Shown piece by piece: positions 1-8,274 of a stretch of 26,740 nt of DNA. Numbering within the stretch: the stretch's first letter is position 1; every line of letters begins with the position of its first letter. The position numbers and the translations under genes are program-made. The DNA comes from Chitinophagaceae bacterium. GTDB taxonomy: Bacteria; Bacteroidota; Bacteroidia; Chitinophagales; Chitinophagaceae. The notes beneath the pieces were generated by a model that saw nothing but the letters and a program-made list of their open reading frames with translations, had not been told where the DNA came from and did not search any database. Where the stretch lies: the NCBI GenBank assembly GCA_044234005.1, contig JBIIJE010000025.1:1-26740 (forward strand), given 5' to 3'.

Positions 1-123
1 TTCCGCTAAAAATGAAAGCTCATCCAAATATTCTTGTATTACTGATTCTGGTTGCCCTTGTTGCAACCAACCAATCAAGATTACCTGTGTATCTTGTTGT
101 GCTTGTAATTTTTTTTCAATCAA
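1..123 (-). CDS. hflX: probable GTPase HflX, N-terminal 41 codons only (gene runs off the window start)
   Basis: The minus-strand frame is open from TTG at 123-121 to position 1, with an in-frame TAG at 135-133 just upstream. It translates as (M)IEKKLQAQQDTQVILIGWLQQGQPESVIQEYLDELSFLAE. The hydrophobic 'VILIG' strand followed by 'EYLDEL.FLA' matches what I recall of Bacteroidota HflX N-termini. The fragment is too short for certainty and is absent from the ORF track because it is under 60 aa. Confidence 0.4.
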   Translation of the reverse strand, partial: MIEKKLQAQQDTQVILIGWLQQGQPESVIQEYLDELSFLAE

Positions 124-142
124 TGTATAGTCCTATTTTTAT

Positions 143-150
143 CAAAAGTA
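143..150 (-). promoter_or_regulatory. candidate Bacteroidota sigma-A -7 box (TACTTTTG on minus strand) for hflX
   Basis: The plus strand reads CAAAAGTA, which is TAnnTTTG on the minus strand. It lies 19 nt upstream of the TTG start at 123. Confidence 0.3.
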
Positions 151-379
151 GTCAATTTTAAGTTGTTATTTTTTGGTCGGCACACGCACTTTTCGTTTCA
201 ATCTTTTCGCCATACCCTGAGGCTCGCTCGAAAAGGATTTTCACTGCAATTGCTGCCGCAATACACCTACCATTAGGCGACCTAATTTTACAGGTATTTT
301 TCTTTATTACAAAACCTAGGCTCGGCGTTCATTTTTCTGTTTTGAGGTTCTTAGATGTAACTTTATCAATGCCTTGTTT

Positions 380-387
380 TAGATTTG
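380..387 (+). promoter_or_regulatory. candidate -7 box TAGATTTG for ddl
   Basis: Exact TAnnTTTG match 17 nt upstream of ATG 405. It lies inside the ORF-track extension (342-404), which argues for the ATG 405 start. Confidence 0.4.
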
Positions 388-404
388 CCAACTTTACAAC
401 GAAT

Positions 405-1403
405 ATGAATCAATCAAAAATAAAGCTTGCATTAATTGCAGGTGGCTATTCTGGTGAATATGTAATTTCTATTAAAACTGCTATAACCATTGAAAATAAT
501 ATTGATAAAGATAAATATGATGTCTATAAAATTATCATCAGCAAGGACAACTGGTTGCACAGAACTCCGCAAGGAGATAACATTGAGGTGGACAAAAAAG
601 ATTTCAGTTTAAATATTGGCGGAGAGAAAATTGTGTTCGACACAGCATTTATAGCTGTGCATGGCACCCCCGGCGAAGATGGCAAACTACAAGGTTATCT
701 AGAAATGCTCGATATTCCTTTTACTTCTTGCGGAGCCATTGTTTCCGGGTTAACCTTTAATAAAATATTTTGCAATCGAGTTATTGCACAAAGTGGTTTA
801 GTACATGTAGCAAAGTCTTTGCATGTAGTCGCAAATCAAGGAATGGGCGTAAAAGAAATTTTAGAGCAAGTTACTTTGCCTGTTTTTGTAAAACCTGCGG
901 AAGGAGGTTCTAGTTTGGCTACGACAAAAGTGAAAAGGCCAGAGGATTTGCAAGCTGCTTTGAATGCAGTTTATGATTTCGAGCCTCAAGCAATGGTGGA
1001 AGAGTTTGTGAAAGGGCGAGAGTTTAGTATTGGAGTCTACCGAGCAAAAAATCAAGTAGTTGCCTTGCCAGTAACTGAAATAATTAGCTCAAAGGAGTTT
1101 TTTGATTACGAAGCCAAATATACAGATGGTGTAAGTAAAGAGATAACACCCGCTGAAGTAGAAAAAGAAATGAGTGAGCTTATGGCTCAAACTGCCCAAA
1201 AAATTTATCAAGTTTTAAACTGTAGAGGTATATGTCGTGTCGATTTTATCCTAGAAGCATCGTCAAATCATTTATACTTCTTAGAAATAAATACGATTCC
1301 AGGCCAAAGTGAGAATAGTATTGTGCCGCAGCAAGTCAGAGCTACAGGCATGTCATTACAAGATTTTTATGGTTTACTGATCGAAGAGTCATTGAAACAC
1401 TAG
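405..1403 (+). CDS. ddl: D-alanine--D-alanine ligase
   Basis: Full-length ATP-grasp Ddl. N-terminus KIKLALIAGGYSGEYVISIKTA, then HGTPGEDGKLQGYLEML, the FVKPAEGGSSLATTKV P-loop region, and C-terminal LEINTIPGQSENSIVPQQ. Start set at ATG 405 (MNQSKIK...) rather than the TTG at 342. Stop is TAG. Confidence 0.93.
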   Translation: MNQSKIKLALIAGGYSGEYVISIKTAITIENNIDKDKYDVYKIIISKDNWLHRTPQGDNIEVDKKDFSLNIGGEKIVFDTAFIAVHGTPGEDGKLQGYLEMLDIPFTSCGAIVSGLTFNKIFCNRVIAQSGLVHVAKSLHVVANQGMGVKEILEQVTLPVFVKPAEGGSSLATTKVKRPEDLQAALNAVYDFEPQAMVEEFVKGREFSIGVYRAKNQVVALPVTEIISSKEFFDYEAKYTDGVSKEITPAEVEKEMSELMAQTAQKIYQVLNCRGICRVDFILEASSNHLYFLEINTIPGQSENSIVPQQVRATGMSLQDFYGLLIEESLKH

Positions 1404-1476
1404 CTAATTTTTTAACATTTAAAATGAAGGTTGCACTTTAAAAACCTTATTTTTACCCCCTCACAAATTTTTTTGA

Positions 1477-2685
1477 GTGCTAAAAAGATCCCTGTTATTT
1501 AATTTGTTGTTGGTTGGCCTTGTTGTGGTTGGTCTGCTTTATGCTTTTTTTGCATCACTTAATTACTTAACAAATCATAATCAAGAAACTAAAGTGCCAG
1601 CTTTGGAGGGTAAATCTATGAATGAGGCTGTTAATATTTTGAAACGTCAAGGTTTTAAAATTAACTTAGATTCTACCTACCGCTCCTATGAAACACCCTT
1701 GAAAGTGTTGTTTCAAGAACCAAGTGCAGGTTCGACAGTTAAAGTAGGTAGGACTATTTTTTTAACGATTAATCGCAAAACCCCACCTTCTATAGAAATG
1801 CCGAATTTGGTGAATATTTCTTTTCGAAATGCCTTATTGCAAATGCAAAGCTACCGCTTAACGATGGGAGATACAACCTATCGTCCAGATGTAGCAGCAG
1901 GTGCTGTATTGGAACAATGGTTTAACGGCAAGCCTATTTTGCCAGGACAGCTGGTGCCTTTAGGTAGTCGCATCGATTTGGTAATCGGTGAAGGATTATC
2001 GGATATGCAAGACGTTCCTAATTTTATTGGTATGACATGGCAAGACGCACGAGCGTTTATACAATCGCATAATTTAATTGCTAATCCTGTATTTGAGGGT
2101 GATATTGTAGATTCTAACAATGCAATTATTTTTTCTCAACAACCCGAAGCTTTGAATGAGCTCGATTTCAAAAACTCAATCATGTCGGGTGATATTATGG
2201 ATTTGCGCATCATGCAAAATCCTTCTGCCGAAATATTGCAACAGAATCAACCAGGTTCTCAGAAATTATTAGGTGAGGATACCCGACAATTAGATTCAAA
2301 TGGGAACCTAATTGAAGAAAAACCTTTAATGGATTTACCTGTAACACCTTCCAAATTAGACACGGCACCTAAGAGAAATAAAGTGCCGGGCATCAATGTG
2401 CCGAATGCTGCTAAGGATAAACCCATCGGAAAAATGCCTGATCCAAGTTCCGTGAAAAAGAATACAACGTCAAAAAATGGAGCTAATACTAAAAGTGTCA
2501 CAAATAACGTTAATGCTAAATCAGATGCGGCCGGTAAAGATTTGATTAATCCCAAACCAAAACCTAAAAAAACTAAAGAGGCGGGTGCGAATTCAAACGC
2601 AAATAGTGCTGATAAAGTAGAAACTAAACCTAAAACAGCCCCGATTAAGAAGTCTGACGACAATATAAAAAATGAATTTGATTAA
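1477..2685 (+). CDS. membrane-anchored stand-alone PASTA-domain protein (three PASTA repeats plus a Lys/Asn/Pro-rich disordered tail)
   Basis: GTG start. N-terminal TM helix LLFNLLLVGLVVVGLLYAFFA. Three repeats begin VPALEGKSMNEAV..., MPNLVNISFRNAL... and VPNFIGMTWQDAR... (about nt 1588-2211), with no kinase or PBP domain. Residues from about 250 to 402 (nt 2224-2682) are low complexity and K/N/P/S-rich. Confidence 0.85.
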   Translation: MLKRSLLFNLLLVGLVVVGLLYAFFASLNYLTNHNQETKVPALEGKSMNEAVNILKRQGFKINLDSTYRSYETPLKVLFQEPSAGSTVKVGRTIFLTINRKTPPSIEMPNLVNISFRNALLQMQSYRLTMGDTTYRPDVAAGAVLEQWFNGKPILPGQLVPLGSRIDLVIGEGLSDMQDVPNFIGMTWQDARAFIQSHNLIANPVFEGDIVDSNNAIIFSQQPEALNELDFKNSIMSGDIMDLRIMQNPSAEILQQNQPGSQKLLGEDTRQLDSNGNLIEEKPLMDLPVTPSKLDTAPKRNKVPGINVPNAAKDKPIGKMPDPSSVKKNTTSKNGANTKSVTNNVNAKSDAAGKDLINPKPKPKKTKEAGANSNANSADKVETKPKTAPIKKSDDNIKNEFD

Positions 2686-4521
2686 TTGAAAGTATTTTAT
2701 TCAATATGGATTTGTGTATTGTGCTTGGGTAATTTCAGCGCTAGTGCGCAGGAAATACTTGCTCCTTTGAATATTAATTCGATGCTTTTTGACAATCAAA
2801 TCAAACCTTATCAATCGAAGAAAATAAGATTGAATTTACCTTTCATTGAAGATTTTTCTTATGAAGGCCCTTACCCTGATGCTACAAAATGGCAAGACAA
2901 ACATGTCTTTATCAATAATACCTTTAGCAACGATCAAGTTACGCAAGGTGTTGCAACCTTTGACGGATTACGATTTGACGGAAGACCCCACATGCCATTC
3001 GCAAATTCACAATCCTATGCAGATAGCTTAACTTCGGAAACTATCGATTTGTCAAGTTACAGCAATGCCTCAAATATATACATGAGCTTTTATGTGCAAC
3101 CGCAAGGCTTGTCTTTTGCTCCAGAATTAAACGATAGTCTACTTCTTTTTTTTAAAAATAATACTAACAGTTGGGAAAAAGTATGGCAACAAGCTGGTTC
3201 GGCTTTTTTAAATTTTGAATTAAAATTTGTGCCTATTCAGGCAAGTCGCTTTTATCATAGCGATTTTCAATTCAGGTTTGTCAATATCGCTTCACTCAAT
3301 GTGAATGATGACATTTGGAATCTTGATTACATAAAAATTGATGCGAACCGAACGAATTTAGATACCAATATGAATGATGTGGCTTTTACTAGAGAGCCAA
3401 CTTCCTTTTTGTCACCTTATACGTCAATGCCCTATCGACATTTTATCATAAATCAAAATGATGAAAAGACCGCAGACCAAACGTGTAGCATTAAGAATAA
3501 TTACAACAATACAATTACACTTTCGAATACGCTCAATACAATAGAACCAATTAGCGCATCGCTACTGAACACAGCAAGCATTAATAATGTGACCATGGGT
3601 GCTAAGGCTATCTTGCCTCAAGTATTCTCTACTTTTAATGTTACCTATGTAGCTCCTTCTCCTTTAAGTAAAGTAGTTTTTAAACAAACTTATAACTATG
3701 CGCCCATCAACTCGAACGATTTGAGAAGGAATGATACCATAGTGCGTGAGACTATATTTGATAATTATTTTTCGTATGATGATGGCAGTGCTGAGAAATC
3801 TTATTTTTTGTTACCAGCGCCTAACTTCGCATCCAAACTCGCATTGAAATTTCATTTGAATCAGACTGACACATTTCGAGGCATGATGGTTAATTTCGGC
3901 GCACAATTACCAAGTGCTGCAGGTAAATATTTCTCCATTGTCCTCTACCAAAGTTTAGGTTCAATGGGTAGCAACGATTCAATAATCTTGCAAGAAGATT
4001 TATTTCAAGTAAAATATGACACGCTACGTGGTGGATTTTGGAGCTATGCTTTAGCAGCACCTAAAGTATTAAACGCAGGAGATTATTACTTAGGTGTTTT
4101 ACAGCCAGCTAACTTTGGAAGTGACAGTATTTATTACGGTTTTGATGTGAACACAAACACTAGTTCTCAGTTTTTGTTTTATAACGTACAAGGCTCATGG
4201 CAAGCGTCAACTGTGAATGGTAGCGTGATGATACGTCCGATAGTTGGTGCAGCATTTAGACCCAGTGCTGTTCAACACCTAAACAAGCAGCAACAAACTC
4301 TACATCTATTTCCAAATCCTTGTAAGTCTATTGTTCAATTAAATAAAGAAAATAATTTCGATACTTATGTAATTTATTCTGCTCATGGACAAATCATGAA
4401 GAAAGCCAAACTCATAGGTAACAAAATCGATTTATCACCTTTGCAAAATGGTCATTATTTGATTCAATGTTATAATGTAAAAGGAGAAACAGCAACCGAG
4501 TCAATTATCAAACAAGATTAA
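2686..4521 (+). CDS. secreted protein of unknown function with T9SS (Por) C-terminal sorting domain
   Basis: The TTG start directly abuts the PASTA gene stop (TAA 2683-2685, TTG 2686-2688). Signal peptide is MKVFYSIWICVLCLGNFSASAQE. The last ~73 aa (LHLFPNPCKSIVQL...NGHYLIQCYNVKGE..., nt ~4300-4518) fit the T9SS CTD pattern. The central region has no motif I can name. Confidence 0.8.
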   Translation: MKVFYSIWICVLCLGNFSASAQEILAPLNINSMLFDNQIKPYQSKKIRLNLPFIEDFSYEGPYPDATKWQDKHVFINNTFSNDQVTQGVATFDGLRFDGRPHMPFANSQSYADSLTSETIDLSSYSNASNIYMSFYVQPQGLSFAPELNDSLLLFFKNNTNSWEKVWQQAGSAFLNFELKFVPIQASRFYHSDFQFRFVNIASLNVNDDIWNLDYIKIDANRTNLDTNMNDVAFTREPTSFLSPYTSMPYRHFIINQNDEKTADQTCSIKNNYNNTITLSNTLNTIEPISASLLNTASINNVTMGAKAILPQVFSTFNVTYVAPSPLSKVVFKQTYNYAPINSNDLRRNDTIVRETIFDNYFSYDDGSAEKSYFLLPAPNFASKLALKFHLNQTDTFRGMMVNFGAQLPSAAGKYFSIVLYQSLGSMGSNDSIILQEDLFQVKYDTLRGGFWSYALAAPKVLNAGDYYLGVLQPANFGSDSIYYGFDVNTNTSSQFLFYNVQGSWQASTVNGSVMIRPIVGAAFRPSAVQHLNKQQQTLHLFPNPCKSIVQLNKENNFDTYVIYSAHGQIMKKAKLIGNKIDLSPLQNGHYLIQCYNVKGETATESIIKQD

Positions 4522-4539
4522 TTTTTTTAACACAATAAT

Positions 4540-4842
4540 ATGCAAAGTATTACAGCTGAAGATTTAAAAGCACGCATTAACTCGGGCGAAGTTATACATA
4601 TATTGGACGTAAGAGAACCTGCAGAATATGCAGAGACAAATATGGGCGCCACGTTGATCCCTTTAGGTCAAATTATGAATGCCCAAATTGATGAAATTGA
4701 AGATTGGCGTAATGAAGAAGTAATTGTGCATTGTAGAAGCGGCGCGCGCAGTCAGCAAGCTATTCTCATGCTAAGTCAAATGGGTTTTAGTAATCTAAAA
4801 AACCTCAGTGGTGGAATTATAGCTTGGAATGCCTTAGGCTAG
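4540..4842 (+). CDS. single-domain rhodanese-like sulfurtransferase
   Basis: 100 aa with the active-site loop HCRSGARS and the typical ILDVREP.EY N-terminal segment. Stop is TAG, and the 3' end overlaps fdhD by 9 bp. Confidence 0.85.
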   Translation: MQSITAEDLKARINSGEVIHILDVREPAEYAETNMGATLIPLGQIMNAQIDEIEDWRNEEVIVHCRSGARSQQAILMLSQMGFSNLKNLSGGIIAWNALG

Positions 4843-5625
4843 TTTTATTCTATCCTCTACTGAATAGACAGTAAACTTACTTTCTCGACAAAAAGCTAGT
4901 AAAGTGATGCCTAGGTGTTTGCAATATTCAACGGCTAGACTCGAGGGTGCCGACACAGAAGCTAAGATAGGGATTCTTGCTTTATAGCACTTACTCACAA
5001 TTTCATATGAAAGCCGACCGCTGACTGTTAGACAAACTGCTTTCTCTAAATTACCATCTTGCAACAATTGGCCTATGACTTTATCCACTGCATTGTGTCG
5101 CCCAATATCTTCATGTATACACAGCAATTCGTTGTTTGCATTGAAGGCGCAAGATGCATGTGAACCGCCGCTTTGTTGAAATATGGCTTGCTGTGCTTGC
5201 ATCTTACTAAACATTTCCTCTACCTGCTGTGCATCAATTTGTATCGTTGATTCTATCTTCTCATCACCTAATGATAAATCTAGATCTTCTTTGCCACACA
5301 TGCCGCAACTAGTGACCGACATTAAATTTCGTTTTGTTGCTATGCCTTGTTGAATTGCACTTGCAGGAATGATTGCATTGATAGCGGTAACAAAGCCTTT
5401 CTCATTTAGAGCTGTAACATTAAATTGGGGAGCCTTCAACTTATCTGTATAAACATCTTCGGTATATAAAATACCTCTTACTAATGCCTCCTCGTGACCG
5501 GGTGTTCGCATGGTAATCGTGTAGGGTTCGCCATTCACTAAAATACGGATCATCTCTTCACAAGTTAACTCGTCTTCCACTTGCTGCGGCAGACCTTTTG
5601 TATATTTAGTAGCGGTTGTCTTCAA
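4834..5625 (-). CDS. fdhD: formate dehydrogenase accessory sulfurtransferase FdhD
   Basis: Carries TSCGMCGKE, GGSHA and EDIGRHNAVDK motifs and a normal length of 263 aa. The start codon is TTG (plus strand CAA at 5623-5625). The only ATG lies inside the conserved core. Confidence 0.88.
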   Translation of the reverse strand: MKTTATKYTKGLPQQVEDELTCEEMIRILVNGEPYTITMRTPGHEEALVRGILYTEDVYTDKLKAPQFNVTALNEKGFVTAINAIIPASAIQQGIATKRNLMSVTSCGMCGKEDLDLSLGDEKIESTIQIDAQQVEEMFSKMQAQQAIFQQSGGSHASCAFNANNELLCIHEDIGRHNAVDKVIGQLLQDGNLEKAVCLTVSGRLSYEIVSKCYKARIPILASVSAPSSLAVEYCKHLGITLLAFCRESKFTVYSVEDRIKLA

Positions 5626-5641
5626 TGGCAGAATGTATTTT

Positions 5642-5649
5642 CAAATTTA
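5642..5649 (-). promoter_or_regulatory. candidate -7 box (TAAATTTG on minus strand) for fdhD
   Basis: Plus strand reads CAAATTTA, 16 nt upstream of the fdhD TTG start. Confidence 0.35.
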
Positions 5650-5799
5650 ATTATATGTATGAACAAATTCAAAGGCATTGTAAACATGTTTTTTAAAATG
5701 CTTTAAGTAAATATAGGTTAGATTAATTTTTCTTTGTTTTTTTGCATGAAAATAGACTGAAATCCGCATTAACCATTAGATTAAATAGAAGAAAATAAT

Positions 5800-6174
5800 A
5801 TGTCAGCTTTAAATAAACTTTCAAATATCATTGTAGATTTTGCAATAGAAGTTCATACACAGTTAGGGCAAGGCATGGCAAAATCGGCCTATCTAGCTTG
5901 TTTGGCATACGAGCTCGAAAAAGCAGGGTTTACAGTAGAGAAGGAAGTGAAAATGCCAATCAATTATAAAGGAGTAACAATAGAGAACGGCTATCAAGTA
6001 GATATTTTAGTGAACCATGAAATTATTTTAGAGATAAAGACTTTAAAAGCGATTACCGATTTGCATGTTGAACAAGTGCAAAGCTTTTTAACACTTGGGA
6101 ATTGTTCACTGGGGCTTATTTTCAACTTTAATGTACCTAGCTTGCGTAAAGGTATACGAAGAGTTGTTAAGTAG
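5800..6174 (+). CDS. GxxExxY-family protein (PD-(D/E)XK nuclease fold, PDDEXK_3-like)
   Basis: 124 aa with family-typical layout: helix ...GQGMAKSAYLACLAYELEKAGF..., then PINYKG, YQVDILV, ILEIKTLK and LGLIFNFN...KGIRRVV. The name-giving motif reads GMAKSAY, so Lys replaces the Glu. The D...E.K core is retained. Confidence 0.75.
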   Translation: MSALNKLSNIIVDFAIEVHTQLGQGMAKSAYLACLAYELEKAGFTVEKEVKMPINYKGVTIENGYQVDILVNHEIILEIKTLKAITDLHVEQVQSFLTLGNCSLGLIFNFNVPSLRKGIRRVVK

Positions 6175-6246
6175 TTTAGTTTCTTCTTTTTAATACCCTA
6201 TCTTGCAACAAATTTTGGCAGGTGTCATAATTCAAACAGTGAAATT

Positions 6247-6837
6247 ATGCATCATGCTTTTCAAGCCATTGTTGAAACTTTCCTAGCAAACGAGATAGGC
6301 ATTTGCGACTTTTTTGTTTCTCCCGAAATGGCATTAGGTTTGCGTGCTAATATAAATGCTTTAGAAGAAAAAAATCAACTAAATGCAGCGAGTATTGGAA
6401 GCAATCACCAGCTAGCTTTAAATACAAGTTTTCGGAACGATAAAATTTTGTGGCTTGATAGAATACATGAAAATAAAGTTGAAACTGAATTTTTAGATAT
6501 CATAGACGCGTTTATTCTATTTTTAAATACCACATGTTATACGGGTATTAAAAGCAGTGAGTTTCATTATGCGTTATACGATACGGGAAGTTTTTATAAA
6601 AAGCATCTTGATCAATTTAATCAAAATACAAGTCGTCAGTTCTCGATGATTTTATATCTTAATGAAAACTGGCAAATAAATGATGGTGGCGAGTTATGTA
6701 TTTATAAGCAAGAGATAAAACAACTTATAGAGCCTACAAATTGTAAATTGGTATTCTTTAAAAGTAGCGATTTATTACATGAAGTACTTATTACAAATAA
6801 GCCTCGACTGAGTGTAACAGGATGGTTGAAGTTATAA
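6247..6837 (+). CDS. 2OG-Fe(II) oxygenase family protein (prolyl-4-hydroxylase-like)
   Basis: H-x-D iron ligands in YKKHLDQF, the jelly-roll signature FSMILYLNENWQ..DGGEL, and a distal His plus 2OG-binding Arg in LLHEVLITNKPRLSVTGW. Confidence 0.8.
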   Translation: MHHAFQAIVETFLANEIGICDFFVSPEMALGLRANINALEEKNQLNAASIGSNHQLALNTSFRNDKILWLDRIHENKVETEFLDIIDAFILFLNTTCYTGIKSSEFHYALYDTGSFYKKHLDQFNQNTSRQFSMILYLNENWQINDGGELCIYKQEIKQLIEPTNCKLVFFKSSDLLHEVLITNKPRLSVTGWLKL

Positions 6838-6839
6838 TG

Positions 6840-8090
6840 CTATTTTTTCTTATTCTTCTTTGGATTTTTTTTCTTCCACACTAAGTCGCTTTTTTCAGCT
6901 TCTTCAATCAGCTTTTGCCAATCATGCTTCCCTTCATTTTGTAATGCCAATGTAAGACTATAATCTAGTTTATTGATATTCATAATTTCGATAGGTGTAT
7001 GCGTGAATTTTTCTATTTCTTGTAGCATCTCTTTCTCTTCTTCGGCACAAAATGAAATAGCTTCGCCCTTTTGCATTCCTCTTCCTGTTCTACCAATTCG
7101 ATGCACATAATTTTCAGCTACATCTGGCAAATCGTAATTAATTACAAATTCGATTCCAGCAATATCTATACCCCTGGCGCTTATGTCCGTTGCTATTAAT
7201 ACTTTTACTTCCCCTTTGCTAAATTGTTGCATTACCTCAATTCTATCTTCTTGCGCCTTATCGCCATGCATGGTTATCGTTTGAATGCCCACTCTTGCCA
7301 TGGCTTTGCACACACGTTCAGCCCTCACCTTAGTTCTCACAAAAACTAATATTTTTTTCTCAATATTTGCCCGAATAAATCTTTCTAAAAAGAAACGCTT
7401 ATCATCCATTTCAATATAAGCAACAGCATGGTGAACATTTTTTGACACAGGGTCTTTAGGCGAAATTTGAATGCGTATTGGATTTGTTACTAATGAGTAG
7501 GCTAAATCTTTTATTTTTTCGTCGATAGTAGCCGAGAAGAATAAAGTTTGATGTCGCTTTGGCAAGAACTGAATTACATCGCGAATATCTTTTATAAAAC
7601 CCAGAGCAAGCATATGATCAGCTTCGTCGAGTACTAAAATTTCGGTGTATTTAAAATTAATAAATCCTTGTGCACGCAAATCAAACATTCTACCCGGCGT
7701 TGCAATAAGCACATCAACTCCTTCACTTAATTCTTCTTTTTGCTCGCTACTATCGATGCCGCCGAAAGCAGAAATAATAACTAAGTCTGTATATCTTGCA
7801 ATATCGTTACATGCTTTTGTAATTTGAATGGCTAATTCCCTCGTCGGTACCATGATTAAACAACGCACACTATTCCGTAACAAATTAGATTTTCGATACA
7901 ACAATTTATGCATGATTGGAATGGCGAAAGCGGCGGTTTTGCCTGTACCTGTTTGAGCAATTGCCAGCACATCTTCACCTTTTAAGATAGAAGGAATGGC
8001 TTTAAATTGAATGTCCGTAGGTTTATTAAAACCCATTTCTTGCAAACTCTTTTTTATATCAGGTGCTATATTGTATTTTTCAAATTTCAC
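6840..8090 (-). CDS. DEAD-box ATP-dependent RNA helicase
   Basis: Q-motif region, AQTGTGKT (motif I), PTRELA, DEAD, SAT and HRIGRTGR, plus a Lys-rich C-terminal tail. Stop is TAG. Confidence 0.93.
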   Translation of the reverse strand: MKFEKYNIAPDIKKSLQEMGFNKPTDIQFKAIPSILKGEDVLAIAQTGTGKTAAFAIPIMHKLLYRKSNLLRNSVRCLIMVPTRELAIQITKACNDIARYTDLVIISAFGGIDSSEQKEELSEGVDVLIATPGRMFDLRAQGFINFKYTEILVLDEADHMLALGFIKDIRDVIQFLPKRHQTLFFSATIDEKIKDLAYSLVTNPIRIQISPKDPVSKNVHHAVAYIEMDDKRFFLERFIRANIEKKILVFVRTKVRAERVCKAMARVGIQTITMHGDKAQEDRIEVMQQFSKGEVKVLIATDISARGIDIAGIEFVINYDLPDVAENYVHRIGRTGRGMQKGEAISFCAEEEKEMLQEIEKFTHTPIEIMNINKLDYSLTLALQNEGKHDWQKLIEEAEKSDLVWKKKNPKKNKKK

Positions 8091-8097
8091 AGAGCAT

Positions 8098-8105
8098 CAA
8101 AACTA
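8098..8105 (-). promoter_or_regulatory. candidate -7 box (TAGTTTTG on minus strand) for the DEAD-box helicase
   Basis: Plus strand reads CAAAACTA. Only 7 nt separate the box from the ATG at 8090. Confidence 0.4.
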
Positions 8106-8274
8106 GAATAATTAGTTTAGAGTTAAATAGTTTTTATTTGTCGATATTCAATTGTGGTCAATTGGTATTAGAATATTGTATTTTTCAATTGCTATTCATC
8201 AGTGAAATTTAATTATACTACTTACAAATTTTATGTTTTTTAATTTTCACCTTTCAAAAAAGTATTATCTTGTT

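Noticed and set aside
175-283. Possible SRP (4.5S) RNA. The minus strand contains GCGUGUGCCG, a 10-mer I remember from E. coli 4.5S RNA.
   Set aside because: There is no GGAA/GNRA tetraloop flanked by the AGGUC...AGCA symmetric-loop motif in the right arrangement. The 5' and 3' ends do not form the long closing helix. A single 10-mer match recalled from memory is not evidence. The region is kept only as a generic structured-RNA candidate.
342-404. The ORF-track 5' extension of ddl (TTG at 342, MRFLDVTLSMPCFRFANFTTN...)
   Set aside because: The extension has no Ddl-like sequence and contains the TAGATTTG -7 box at 380-387. The conserved N-terminus begins at ATG 405.
5782-5796. TAGATTAAATAGAAG upstream of the GxxExxY gene resembles TAGATTAAATGGAGG in the MITE loop region
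   Set aside because: The match is 13/15 in AT-rich sequence with no flanking similarity, so it is most likely chance.
8148-8191. TCAATTG occurs three times (8148-8154, 8158-8164, 8185-8191) in the helicase/peptidase spacer
   Set aside because: It is a short AT-rich palindromic heptamer in AT-rich intergenic DNA. The spacing is irregular (10 and 27 bp), the flanks are not conserved, and no linked regulator is present. This is too weak to call a binding-site array.
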